The translations under genes were made by a program, and so were the position numbers. Shown one piece after another: positions 9,533-19,018 of a stretch of DNA of 56,666 bases (positions are counted from its first letter, which is position 1; every line of letters starts with the position of its first letter). This DNA comes from Candidatus Aegiribacteria sp. (GTDB taxonomy: Bacteria > Fermentibacterota > Fermentibacteria > Fermentibacterales > JCC-6), in NCBI GenBank assembly GCA_030613065.1, contig JAUWMQ010000004.1, forward strand, positions 1-56,666, written 5' to 3'. Below the pieces are notes generated by a model. It did no database searches. It was given only the letters and a program-made list of their open reading frames with translations, and had not been told where the DNA came from.

Positions 9533-10741
9533 TCATTCCGGAACGTACCCCTTAACCTTGACTACTTCCTTTGGAATCCTGAGGGCCGGTCTTATCAGAG
9601 GCCCTTCATCTGCTGGACAGATGTGAATATCAAAGCCGAAGATACTGCCCTTTCCCGGTTCACTGATAATGTAGACCCTTCCACCGTGCATGTCGATTAT
9701 CCTTTTGACTATTGAAAGCCCCAGACCTATTCCACCGACTTTCTGACCCGAAACATCGTTATCCTTGATCCTTACGAATTCCCTGAAAAGCTTCTTCTGA
9801 TTCTCTTCCGAAATACCGATACCGTTATCCTCCACTTCCAGAGAAACCACAGATTTGTCCCGGGTGCTGCTGCGGACAACGATACTGCCTTTCTCGGGAG
9901 TGTATTTGATAGCGTTTGTAACGAGATTTGTGATTACCTCACGGATAAGCCGTTCAACGCCTCCCACAGGAGGCAGATTATCTTCAAGGTTACATGTCAG
10001 TGTTTGTTTCCTGTTATGAGCCAGATCCTGATTTGCGCTGACAACGTTGCTGATGAGTCCATTGAGGTCAATCATTTTTGCCTGTTTCTTTATCTGGGAT
10101 GGATCCTCAAGCTGGGCGAAAAGCTGAAAATCCCGCAGAAAAGATGCTGCTTCGTCAAGTCTGGCATGCATTCTTGTAACCAGATGCTCCTGCTTCTCTG
10201 TGAGAGAATCACCGAGAAGGGTCTGAAGGCTGTGAAGCAGCATGGTAGTCGCAGAAACTGGAGACTTCATATCATGTATGGCGATATGGAGAAACGCCTT
10301 TCTGAGCTTGGCGAATTCCCTGAGTGAGGAATTTGCTTTTCTGAGCCTTTCACTGCGTTCCCGCAGAGCTCTGTGCGTCTTCATCAGCTCAATACTGAGC
10401 TCTCCGATGACAAAGGCAACTATCATAAAGAACAGAACTCGGATAATATCCGCCCAGAGGGGGCTTCCGGAATTGGAAATGGAGCTGAGAACAAGCACAT
10501 CCAGCCCCAGTATCATGGCAACAAAAATAGCTTTCCTGCCCCACCAGAAACCGGCGAAAATAATGGGTATGTATGCGAAATGAGAGTACCCGATACTCTC
10601 CCGACGATCAAGATGGAAGTAAGCGGTGATTACTATAAAAGCAATCGAAAGGACACATATGATAACGAATCTGTTAATAGAGCTTGGAACACTGTCCTGC
10701 ATGATTCCAGAATGCGGTAATCTGTTCTTATCTTCGGTCAT
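9533..10741 (-). CDS. Membrane-bound sensor histidine kinase (HisKA + HATPase_c)
   Basis: About 4 N-terminal hydrophobic segments; H box HDMKSP, N box NLVTNAIKYT, G1 VEDNGIGI, G2 GIGLGLSIV. Confidence 0.9.
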   Translation of the reverse strand: MTEDKNRLPHSGIMQDSVPSSINRFVIICVLSIAFIVITAYFHLDRRESIGYSHFAYIPIIFAGFWWGRKAIFVAMILGLDVLVLSSISNSGSPLWADIIRVLFFMIVAFVIGELSIELMKTHRALRERSERLRKANSSLREFAKLRKAFLHIAIHDMKSPVSATTMLLHSLQTLLGDSLTEKQEHLVTRMHARLDEAASFLRDFQLFAQLEDPSQIKKQAKMIDLNGLISNVVSANQDLAHNRKQTLTCNLEDNLPPVGGVERLIREVITNLVTNAIKYTPEKGSIVVRSSTRDKSVVSLEVEDNGIGISEENQKKLFREFVRIKDNDVSGQKVGGIGLGLSIVKRIIDMHGGRVYIISEPGKGSIFGFDIHICPADEGPLIRPALRIPKEVVKVKGYVPE

Positions 10742-10815
10742 ATTCTGTCACTTTCGAATGCATAGGTTAGTGTTTGAATGAAGTAAGATAGTCTGAAATG
10801 GGTGTACTTGTCCAG

Positions 10816-12189
10816 TTAACGAATTCTCCATAAAGCGACGGAATCTTCTCCGCATATTACGTTTCTGTCGCTTCCGAAACCTGTGAGGAATTCCAATGAA
10901 TTACCGGCTTCCGATATCAGGTCTGAGTACTGTTCGGGAAATGCAAGAAGGTAATCCGCCCGTTCCGAAATCCATTGCCATCCTTCTCTGGAGGATCCCG
11001 GGAGCCTTTCCGCCGTAACAAGGCCGTCGAGATCCAGTATCTCCATATCGGTTATCCATTTCACAGCTCCGATATCAGCCGCTGCTACAGTCTGTGCAGG
11101 CGATGCCACAGTGGATATGTACTGTGCCGGTCTTACATCTATGGAATAAACGTCATACGAAGCGTCTGCTCTTCTACCCGCAAAGATGATCAGGCCCGGC
11201 AGCATGGAAACGGCAAGAATAAATACATTCAATTTCCATCGCCGGAGCCCTCTGAGCCAGTGTCCGGCAGCAAGTACAGCTGCTGTAAGAGCAGGTACAT
11301 AATACCGCATCTGGAAGAAGCTGTTAGGCTGAAGATATATGGATACAGCGAAAAGCAGCAGTGGAATGAGTGCCATCGAGGTTTCAAGCCGCCTTTTCCC
11401 CTTGCCTTTCAGCAATGCTGTGATTGAAACAGCTGCCGCGAAAAGCAGAAGTGGCGATGTTATCAATAAACCCTTCAATAGACCGGGAAGACCTGCATAG
11501 GCTGAAGCGAACCATGACACCGGATTCTTGGCATAGAATGTTGAAGGGAGGAGGAGGTCCATAGAATGGATGTTCCAGAACACCCATAGAAGACCGATGA
11601 ACACTGATGGAGCTGCAAGACGAAGTATATTTGCGGGAGTTCTATTTTTCATGGAGACCGCAAGGGGTATAACGAGGATCGCCAGTTCGGGCCGAACAAG
11701 GAATGCTCCCGAGAGAATGAATGATGAAACCGGTATTCCGCTTCCATCTCTTACGCATCTCCATACCGCGACTACAGCCAGGCATGATAATGCTGTTTCC
11801 ATCCCGCTGGAAGCATGGAAAAAGAAGGGTCCCGTCATCAGAAGGAGTATCGCCGTGAAGGGAGGAAGCAGGAAAAGAGCTGCGCCTGCCGCGATCAGAG
11901 AAAGCAGCATCAGTACGATTGGTGCAATGGTGGTTCCAGCCAGAGAAGACAGAGATGAGGGCAGCAGCCAAAGAGGACTTGTGAACCCCGAAGAGGGTTC
12001 TGCACCATTGAAACAGAGGGGTGCAGAGGAGATGAGGCTTCTTCCGTAAACCAGGTGTATATAGGTGTCATCCATGGGAGGGATACTGCTGACGTACCCT
12101 GAAAGTACAACCAGCAGAATTACTGCTGCGACCAGGAGCATAGGAACTTTAAACTGAACGGATATCTTTCTTCTCGGGGGCTTCTTCAT
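10816..12189 (-). CDS. Polytopic membrane protein, GT-C glycosyltransferase-like
   Basis: Acidic DDTYIH motif after the first TM, then many hydrophobic segments, GMET and VRPE motifs typical of GT-C/AftD-like proteins. Confidence 0.5.
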   Translation of the reverse strand: MKKPPRRKISVQFKVPMLLVAAVILLVVLSGYVSSIPPMDDTYIHLVYGRSLISSAPLCFNGAEPSSGFTSPLWLLPSSLSSLAGTTIAPIVLMLLSLIAAGAALFLLPPFTAILLLMTGPFFFHASSGMETALSCLAVVAVWRCVRDGSGIPVSSFILSGAFLVRPELAILVIPLAVSMKNRTPANILRLAAPSVFIGLLWVFWNIHSMDLLLPSTFYAKNPVSWFASAYAGLPGLLKGLLITSPLLLFAAAVSITALLKGKGKRRLETSMALIPLLLFAVSIYLQPNSFFQMRYYVPALTAAVLAAGHWLRGLRRWKLNVFILAVSMLPGLIIFAGRRADASYDVYSIDVRPAQYISTVASPAQTVAAADIGAVKWITDMEILDLDGLVTAERLPGSSREGWQWISERADYLLAFPEQYSDLISEAGNSLEFLTGFGSDRNVICGEDSVALWRIR

Positions 12190-12324
12190 AACGATTTTAT
12201 CACCCGTACCGCGCTCACCGTCAAGGGCAGCGGGAAATGATTTTGCAGTGGACAGAGACCGGGTGTCGTGTTAAAATTGTGGCATGTGTTCAACGATTAG
12301 TAAACTACGCGGGAGACTGCTTAC

Positions 12325-12696
12325 TTGAGAATAATCGGTGTTGGAATAGATATAGTTGATATCGGAATTTTCAGAAGCCGTCTTGATGATGGCATGGTAA
12401 GTGAACTATTCCTCCCTGGGGAAATCGAATACTGTTCATCCCGGGCTCGCCCTTGGGAAAGCTATGCAGCAAGATTTGCCGCGAAGGAAGCATCCTTCAA
12501 GGCTCTGGGCGCCGGATTGTCCCAAGGCTTGCGCTGGAAAAATGTCGAAATAATCAAAGAGGAATCCGGTGCAGTATCCGTTCAGTTAAATGGGCGAGCG
12601 CTGGAACAGGCAAGAGATAAACAGGTAAAGCAGGTACGCCTTTCCATCAGCCATAGCGGAGATAATGCTATAGCCGTTGTCACTATGGAGGGCTGA
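12325..12696 (+). CDS. acpS: Holo-[acyl-carrier-protein] synthase
   Basis: GVGIDIV, AARFAAKEASFKALG, LSISHS. TTG start after GGGAG. Confidence 0.95.
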   Translation: MRIIGVGIDIVDIGIFRSRLDDGMVSELFLPGEIEYCSSRARPWESYAARFAAKEASFKALGAGLSQGLRWKNVEIIKEESGAVSVQLNGRALEQARDKQVKQVRLSISHSGDNAIAVVTMEG

Positions 12697-12725
12697 TAGA
12701 GAATCGAAGGATTGGAGGAGTCAGC

Positions 12726-14474
12726 TTGAGTAATATCGGATCTTATAACGAGAGAATGAAGAAATTCGACTGGGATATCGCAAAGTATATTCTTGACTGG
12801 AAGGAAGGAGAACTCCTTAATATTGGAGCCATCTGTTCGGACAGAATATGCGGCAGAGGTGATGGAAATAAAACAGCACTTATATGGGAAGGTTTCGGGG
12901 ATAAGAGTGCCAGATATTCTTTCGACGATCTCAGGGTCTATTCAAACGGCTTCGCTGAATTCCTCAGCGAGCAGGGAATCGAACCAGGAGACAGAGTCTG
13001 CATCTTCATGGACAAGATACCAAGCCTTTATTTCTCTTTTCTTGGTGTTCTCAAACTGGGTGCAGTCGCGCAACCGCTTTTCTCGGCATTTGGTGACGAA
13101 TCCCTGGAAGTAAGACTTGCCAGTGCTGGAACAAGGGCAATTCTTACGACTCAAAAACATGTTAGGAAAGTCCGGAAAATCAAAGATAGACTGCCGGAGC
13201 TTGAGAGGATAATAGTTGTAGAGGGGAATCCCGATAAACTTAAGGAAGGCGAGCTTTTCTTCGATGTGGAGAACAGTCCAAGAGTGGAAGAGTTCGATGT
13301 CTATCATTCAACGCCTGAAACCCCTTCAGTTCTTCATTACACATCAGGAACAACAGGTCAGCCGAAGGGTGCCCTTCATGTTCACAATTCCGTCTGGGGC
13401 CAGGCACTTACAACAAGCTGGGTGCTTGATCTGCAGGATGATGATATCTACTGGTGTACGGCGGATCCCGGATGGGTTACCGGGACCAGCTACGGTATTA
13501 TCGGACCCTGGGCACTGGGAGCTACACAGTGTGTTCTCGATTCAGGTTTTACATCTTCTCGGTGGTACAAGTTCATTCAGGATAACAGGATAACCGTATG
13601 GTATTCAGCCCCTACCGCCATCAGAGCGCTTATGAAAGATGGTGATGAGCTGGTCAGTACATTCGATCTCGCATCACTTCGGCACCTCGCTTCAGTGGGT
13701 GAGCCACTGAATGCTGAGGCAGTCATATGGAGCGGGGAAGTATTCGACGGACTCAAATTTCATGATACCTTCTGGCAGACGGAAACCGGTTCCATAATGA
13801 TTACGAACTATCCTGGAATGGAGATACGACCCGGTTCGATGGGTAAACCTTTTCCCGGCATCAGAGCCGCTGTTCTGGACCTTTCCACCCTAAAACCTTT
13901 AGATGAGCACGGAAAAGTTGGATTAATAGCTTTCAGTCCCGGATGGCCATCAATGTTCAGGCAGTACTGGAACCAGCCTGATGTTTACAGAAGCAAGTTC
14001 GTTGGAGCCTCCGAGAATGCAATGCCTGATGAGCTCAGGACCAATCCCGACCTCTGGTACGTCTCAGGTGACAGGGCAAGCATTGATAAGGATGGATACT
14101 TCTGGTTCGTTGGCAGGGACGATGATGTTATAAACACCGGAGGACACCTTGTAGGGCCTTTCGAAATCGAATCAGCCCTTGTTGAACATGAAGCCATTGC
14201 CGAGGCAGCTGCGATCGGAAAACCGGACAAAGTCAACATGGAGGTTGTAAAGGCATTCGTTACATTAAAACCTGGTTTCGAGCCCTCGGATGAGCTTGAA
14301 CTGAATATCATGAATTTCATCAGAAAAAGGCTTTCTCCGCTGGCGATGCCCCAGGAGATCGAGTATCGTGATAAACTGCCCAAGACACGTTCAGGCAAGA
14401 TCGTCAGAAGGTATCTCAGAGCAATTGAATGGGGAGAAGAGGCTGGCGATCTGTCATCCCTTTCCGACGAATAG
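12726..14474 (+). CDS. acsA: Acetate--CoA ligase-like adenylating enzyme (AMP-forming)
   Basis: YTSGTTGQPKG, GWVTG, SVGEP, DTFWQTETG, GRDDDVI, LPKTRSGKIVRR. TTG start after GGAGGAG. Confidence 0.85.
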   Translation: MSNIGSYNERMKKFDWDIAKYILDWKEGELLNIGAICSDRICGRGDGNKTALIWEGFGDKSARYSFDDLRVYSNGFAEFLSEQGIEPGDRVCIFMDKIPSLYFSFLGVLKLGAVAQPLFSAFGDESLEVRLASAGTRAILTTQKHVRKVRKIKDRLPELERIIVVEGNPDKLKEGELFFDVENSPRVEEFDVYHSTPETPSVLHYTSGTTGQPKGALHVHNSVWGQALTTSWVLDLQDDDIYWCTADPGWVTGTSYGIIGPWALGATQCVLDSGFTSSRWYKFIQDNRITVWYSAPTAIRALMKDGDELVSTFDLASLRHLASVGEPLNAEAVIWSGEVFDGLKFHDTFWQTETGSIMITNYPGMEIRPGSMGKPFPGIRAAVLDLSTLKPLDEHGKVGLIAFSPGWPSMFRQYWNQPDVYRSKFVGASENAMPDELRTNPDLWYVSGDRASIDKDGYFWFVGRDDDVINTGGHLVGPFEIESALVEHEAIAEAAAIGKPDKVNMEVVKAFVTLKPGFEPSDELELNIMNFIRKRLSPLAMPQEIEYRDKLPKTRSGKIVRRYLRAIEWGEEAGDLSSLSDE

Positions 14475-14493
14475 ATTACAGAAAGGAGCTGAA

Positions 14494-14742
14494 ATGGATG
14501 AGATGAAGAAAGTAATTCTTGAGTATATAGTTGATGAGTACCTTGATGAAGATGATGAGGATGAAGTTTCCTTTAATACTCCGCTGATCTCTTCAGGAAT
14601 TGTAGACAGTTTCTCAATGGTTTCCCTGAAAAGATTCCTTGAGACTAAATACAGCATTAAACTCTCCGATGAAGAAGCTACACCGGAAGCTTTTGATACA
14701 GTGAATTCAATCTGCAGGCTGGTTGATAAACATCTGGGATAA
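14494..14742 (+). CDS. Acyl carrier protein
   Basis: 82 aa, highly acidic, GIVDSF phosphopantetheine motif. AAGGAG SD before ATG 14494. Confidence 0.9.
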   Translation: MDEMKKVILEYIVDEYLDEDDEDEVSFNTPLISSGIVDSFSMVSLKRFLETKYSIKLSDEEATPEAFDTVNSICRLVDKHLG

Positions 14743-14758
14743 ATGGGGGTAAGATCTT

Positions 14759-16006
14759 ATGGCATTTTCAGACAGTACGAGAGGCCTGTTTACGGATGAG
14801 ATAGAGAAAATCAAGGAAGGTGGTCTCTTCAAGGAAAAAAGATTCATCTGCTCCGCACAGGACGCGGAAATTGAAGTTGAGTATCCCGAAGGTGCATCCC
14901 ATGAGAAAGTTCTCAATTTCTGCGCGAATAATTACCTGGGACTCTCAAGTCATCCCGACGTGATCAAGGCCGCCCACGAAGGTCTCGATACTCGAGGCTA
15001 CGGAATGAGTTCCGTCAGGTTCATTTGCGGTACACAGGACATACACAGGGAACTTCAGGATAAGGTGTCCATTTTTCTGGGTATGGAAGATACGCTTCTA
15101 TTCCCCTCCTGCATGGATGCTAATTCCGGTGTTTTTGAAGCAATACTGGGGCAGGAGGATGTGATAATTGCCGACAGGCTTATCCATGCATCCCTCGTTG
15201 ACGGCATCCGTCTCTGTTCAGCAGAGTACGATACTTTCAAGCATATGGATATGAAGCATCTGAAGAAAAAACTTGAGCTTCATCAGGACAAAAGAACCAG
15301 GCTTGTGGTAACGGACGGCGTGTTCTCCATGGACGGTGATCTTGCACCCCTGGACGAAATGGTTGACCTTTGCAACCGGTACGATGCCATGCTTCTGGTT
15401 GACGATTCCCATGCATCTGGATTCATAGGAAAGACCGGCAGAGGAACCCACGAACATTTCGGTGTTATCGACGGTGTTGATCTTGTCACAACCACTTTCG
15501 GAAAGGGACTGGGAGGAGCTTCAGGAGGCTGCGTATCCGGCCGGAGGGAGCTGATAGAACTCTGCCGTCAGAAGGCAAGACCATACCTGTTCAGTAACTC
15601 ACTTGCTCCTCCAATTGTTAATGCTTCCATCAAGGTCATCGACCTTGTATCAAGTTCAACTGAGCGACGTGACAAGCTGGAATGGAATACGAAGTACTTC
15701 CGTGAAAAAATGAAGGATGCAGGACTGGATATGCGTTCCGGCGAGACACCAATCGTTCCTGTGATGCTGTACAATGCCAAGCTGGCGAACGATATGGCAA
15801 GGGATATGTATGCCGAGGGAATTTATGTAATAGGATTCTGTTTCCCGGTCGTTCCCGCTGGAAAAGCCAGAATACGTGTTCAGCTTTCTGCTGCCCACGA
15901 GAAGGCACACCTTGATAAATGCGTAGAAGCTTTCAAAAAGGTTGGGAAGAAGTACGGAATACTCGGGCTTGGTAAGAGCGAGATTATCGATAAATACGGT
16001 ATGTAG
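14759..16006 (+). CDS. PLP-dependent alpha-oxoamine synthase, Kbl-like (divergent paralogue)
   Basis: NFCANNYLGL, SSVRFICGT, DGVFSMDG, DDSHASG, TFGKGLGG (PLP Lys), RPYLFSN. Differs from canonical Kbl at FPSCMDAN and DRLIHAS. Confidence 0.85.
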   Translation: MAFSDSTRGLFTDEIEKIKEGGLFKEKRFICSAQDAEIEVEYPEGASHEKVLNFCANNYLGLSSHPDVIKAAHEGLDTRGYGMSSVRFICGTQDIHRELQDKVSIFLGMEDTLLFPSCMDANSGVFEAILGQEDVIIADRLIHASLVDGIRLCSAEYDTFKHMDMKHLKKKLELHQDKRTRLVVTDGVFSMDGDLAPLDEMVDLCNRYDAMLLVDDSHASGFIGKTGRGTHEHFGVIDGVDLVTTTFGKGLGGASGGCVSGRRELIELCRQKARPYLFSNSLAPPIVNASIKVIDLVSSSTERRDKLEWNTKYFREKMKDAGLDMRSGETPIVPVMLYNAKLANDMARDMYAEGIYVIGFCFPVVPAGKARIRVQLSAAHEKAHLDKCVEAFKKVGKKYGILGLGKSEIIDKYGM

Positions 16007-16015
16007 CCATCGGCT

Positions 16016-16048
16016 GACGGGGACACGTACCCGCTGTGTGTCCCCATC
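16016..16048 (+). terminator. GC-rich hairpin after the acpS-acs-acp-AOS cluster
   Basis: GGGGACAC (16019-16026) / GTGTCCCC (16038-16045). No U-tract, so the terminator role is uncertain. Confidence 0.4.
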
Positions 16049-16072
16049 CACTCGTCCCTTGCATATGAATCG

Positions 16073-16101
16073 TTGACATGACACATCTCAGGTGCTATCG
16101 T
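16073..16101 (+). promoter_or_regulatory. Sigma70-type promoter for the DUF485-actP genes
   Basis: TTGACA, 17 nt, TATCGT with a TGn extended -10. Confidence 0.5.
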
Positions 16102-16227
16102 GCGCCCTTATAGATAGCGACCGGCAGGGATCATGCGGGCCGCCACTATGGCGGTGTTGACCGGTATTTCCAGGTTAGGATCTCCGTATGCCGATTTAAG
16201 ATTCACATATATGACTAGGAGTGCAAG

Positions 16228-16530
16228 ATGGACCATGGACCGACTACAGAATATCATGAGTGCGATGAATTACTGAAGTACAAGCAGAAGGCAGGCTTGC
16301 AGTTATTCTTCATTTACTCTGGCATTTACGGCATATTCGTTCTACTGAACACCCTTTTCCCGAGCATGATGGAGTCCGTCATATTCTTCGGCCTGAACCT
16401 CGCCATCGTCTATGGATTCGGTCTAATCATTACCGCCATTCTCCTCGGGCTGGTCTACAACAACCGGTGCACCAGGATGGAGAAGCGTCTTGATACTGGC
16501 GGCATAAAGACTGAAGGAGGCAAGGAATGA
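16228..16530 (+). CDS. DUF485 (YjcH-like) small membrane protein
   Basis: 100 aa, two TM segments, GLNLAIVYGFG...YNNRC. ATGA overlap with the downstream SSS transporter, as in yjcH-actP. Confidence 0.8.
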   Translation: MDHGPTTEYHECDELLKYKQKAGLQLFFIYSGIYGIFVLLNTLFPSMMESVIFFGLNLAIVYGFGLIITAILLGLVYNNRCTRMEKRLDTGGIKTEGGKE

Positions 16531-18446
16531 TCTACACGGCTTCTCCTTTTGCAGTCGGTATCTTCTTCGCGGTCGTAGCGGCGGTATTGGGCATCTCCTT
16601 TTACTTCGGCAGGAAGACCACTTCTGCCAAGGGATACTTCGCTGCAGGCGGAAATATCCACTGGTCTGTGAACGGCATCGCTTTCGCGGGTGATTACCTC
16701 TCCGCTGCCTCTTTCCTTGGCATCTGCGGCATGATAGCCTTCTCAGGTTTCGATGGATTCCTTTACTCCATCGGCTACCTGGCGGGGTGGGTTGTTGCCC
16801 TCTTCGTGGTCGCCGAGCCGCTGAAGCGTCTGGGCAAGTTTACTTTTGCTGACGCACTGGACTCCAAATTCGGCTCCAGGGGTATCCGCTTAATGGCTGC
16901 CATCAGCACGCTCGTCGTCTCAATCTTCTACCTCATACCCCAGATGGTCGGCGCAGGTGCTCTGGTTACTCCGCTTCTCGGACTCCCTCACTGGGTTGGT
17001 GTCACTCTTGTGGGCGGTATCGTCATCTTCATAGTGACTACTGCCGGTATGAAGTCCACAACTTACGTGCAGTTTCTCAAGGGAGCTCTCCTGATGGTAT
17101 TCTCCCTCCTTCTAGTATTTCTGGTGATCGGCAAGGGGATCAATTTAGAACCCTCTGAGAATTACCACGATTTCATCACACTGCAGGCGGAGCTGACCGA
17201 TGACTCAGTCACATCCGTAAGCGATCCGGCCTATACCATTGTGGGGGAATACTCGAAGAACGACCTGCGGTTTGTGAAGCTGGAAAAAGACGGCATCAGC
17301 AACTGGTGGAAACTGGAGACAGAGACCTGCACACTCACCGAAGCTCTCACCATCGTCACCCTGACGGATGGGGCCGTCCTCTACAACGGTGCCCCCAGGG
17401 AGGAACAGCTCTTTTTTCCCGTGGGCAGCATGCACGAAATAACTGTCGACGGTGAGCAGGTTGAAAGTGTCAGCGGCCTGAACGCTATCAGCTTCCTGGC
17501 TGTAATCCAGGAGAGCGAGGTAGTCAGGTTCATTGCCGACGTCTTCACATCGGGTGATGAACGGGTCCGCATCTGGTACCAGGAGGTCACCCCCGGCAAC
17601 GAGATACTCAGCCCCGGCCTTAAGTTCCACATAGATGAAGGCTCTACCTTCGCCGACAAATTGAATTTCATATCCCTTATGCTCGCACTCTTCTTCGGTA
17701 CCGCAGCTCTGCCGCATGTACTCATCAGGTACTACACGGTTTCAACACCAGCCGCCGCAAGGAAGTCCACTATTGTGGCCATATCGGCCATTGGTTTCTT
17801 CTACATCCTTACCCTCTATATGGGCCTTGGCGCCATGATAAGCGGGGTATTGGACGTGGAGAGCTCAAATATGTCCGCTCCACTCCTCTCACAGTCGTTC
17901 GGTACCCTTATGTTCGCTTGCATCTCCGCCATCGCCTTCGCGACCGTATTGGGAACCGTAAGCGGCCTGATTGTAGCATCATCGGGCGCAGTCGCCCATG
18001 ATTTCATAGACAGATTCCTGGGTAAGAAACTCACCGACCACAAGAAGGTCATCGCCGGCAAATTCGCTGCCGTGGGGACAGGCATCATCGCGATACTGCT
18101 GGGCATCGCGTTTAAGGGAATGAATGTAGCTTACCTGGTGGGACTCGCTTTCGCCATTGCAGCTTCCGCCAACCTTCCCTCAATACTGATGCTGCTCTTC
18201 TGGAAGAAGACCACCTCGAAGGGAATAGCTGCTTCCATAGCAACTGGTATTGTATTGGCAGTCGGCCTTATCCTTCTTTCACCGAGCATGTTCGTCAGGT
18301 ATGGGCTGGAAGCTTCGGCGGCACCGCTCCCCCTGGACAATCCTGGAATCATATCAATCCCGCTTAGTTTTGCTGTGCTCATCATCGTATCTCTGATGAC
18401 CGGGAAGAAAGACCAGCCACAGGAAGAGAAAGCATTGATCAGCTGA
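16527..18446 (+). CDS. actP: Sodium/cation:solute symporter, ActP (acetate permease)-like, with a large soluble insertion
   Basis: AFAGDYLSAASFLG, YLIPQMVGAG, GMKSTTYVQF, GTAALPHVLIRYYTV, AASANLP. About 170-aa hydrophilic insert between TM blocks. Confidence 0.75.
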   Translation: MIYTASPFAVGIFFAVVAAVLGISFYFGRKTTSAKGYFAAGGNIHWSVNGIAFAGDYLSAASFLGICGMIAFSGFDGFLYSIGYLAGWVVALFVVAEPLKRLGKFTFADALDSKFGSRGIRLMAAISTLVVSIFYLIPQMVGAGALVTPLLGLPHWVGVTLVGGIVIFIVTTAGMKSTTYVQFLKGALLMVFSLLLVFLVIGKGINLEPSENYHDFITLQAELTDDSVTSVSDPAYTIVGEYSKNDLRFVKLEKDGISNWWKLETETCTLTEALTIVTLTDGAVLYNGAPREEQLFFPVGSMHEITVDGEQVESVSGLNAISFLAVIQESEVVRFIADVFTSGDERVRIWYQEVTPGNEILSPGLKFHIDEGSTFADKLNFISLMLALFFGTAALPHVLIRYYTVSTPAAARKSTIVAISAIGFFYILTLYMGLGAMISGVLDVESSNMSAPLLSQSFGTLMFACISAIAFATVLGTVSGLIVASSGAVAHDFIDRFLGKKLTDHKKVIAGKFAAVGTGIIAILLGIAFKGMNVAYLVGLAFAIAASANLPSILMLLFWKKTTSKGIAASIATGIVLAVGLILLSPSMFVRYGLEASAAPLPLDNPGIISIPLSFAVLIIVSLMTGKKDQPQEEKALIS

Positions 18447-18514
18447 GCGAATTAAGGATGGCTTCCGACTGCCATAAATAAAGTTACGTGACAGGATTGT
18501 GATAGGTTGAATCG

Positions 18515-19018
18515 GTGAATCGAAGTCGTGTTTGCGAGGTGACACTGAACGGGAAGACCGGAAAACCCTCTATAGCGAGGAGTTTCATCGGGGCGCTGAA
18601 TGATGAACGGATAATCACGGAGAAGGGGGGGTTCCTCTTCAAGGTACTTGCTGCCGGTGACAGACTCGTGCTGGGTATTACGCCCTGCTTCATAGATGGC
18701 GGAAGAACCTACCACTACGACACTCAGTTACCAGGTGAGAACGAGTTCACTCTGATCGGAAGCGTTACGCCGGCCGGTACATTCGATATTCTCTTCAAGC
18801 CGCTTTCAACAGAGCTGGCACCTGAAGATATCCTGAAATACGCTGACACCTATGTGATGTTCGCCCGATTTCTGCTTGAGAACGGATACTCGGGGCAGGG
18901 AAAGCTGGGCACGGTGACCGTCAATATGCTACGGGAGGCGGGGCTCTTCCACCCGGTGCCGGAGGATCTGGCCGGGCTCGCATCCGGAGTATATTCGCTT
19001 GACGAACAGGATAGTTAA
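18515..19018 (+). CDS. Hypothetical protein
   Basis: 167-aa ORF with plausible soluble composition; no family recognised. Confidence 0.55.
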   Translation: MNRSRVCEVTLNGKTGKPSIARSFIGALNDERIITEKGGFLFKVLAAGDRLVLGITPCFIDGGRTYHYDTQLPGENEFTLIGSVTPAGTFDILFKPLSTELAPEDILKYADTYVMFARFLLENGYSGQGKLGTVTVNMLREAGLFHPVPEDLAGLASGVYSLDEQDS

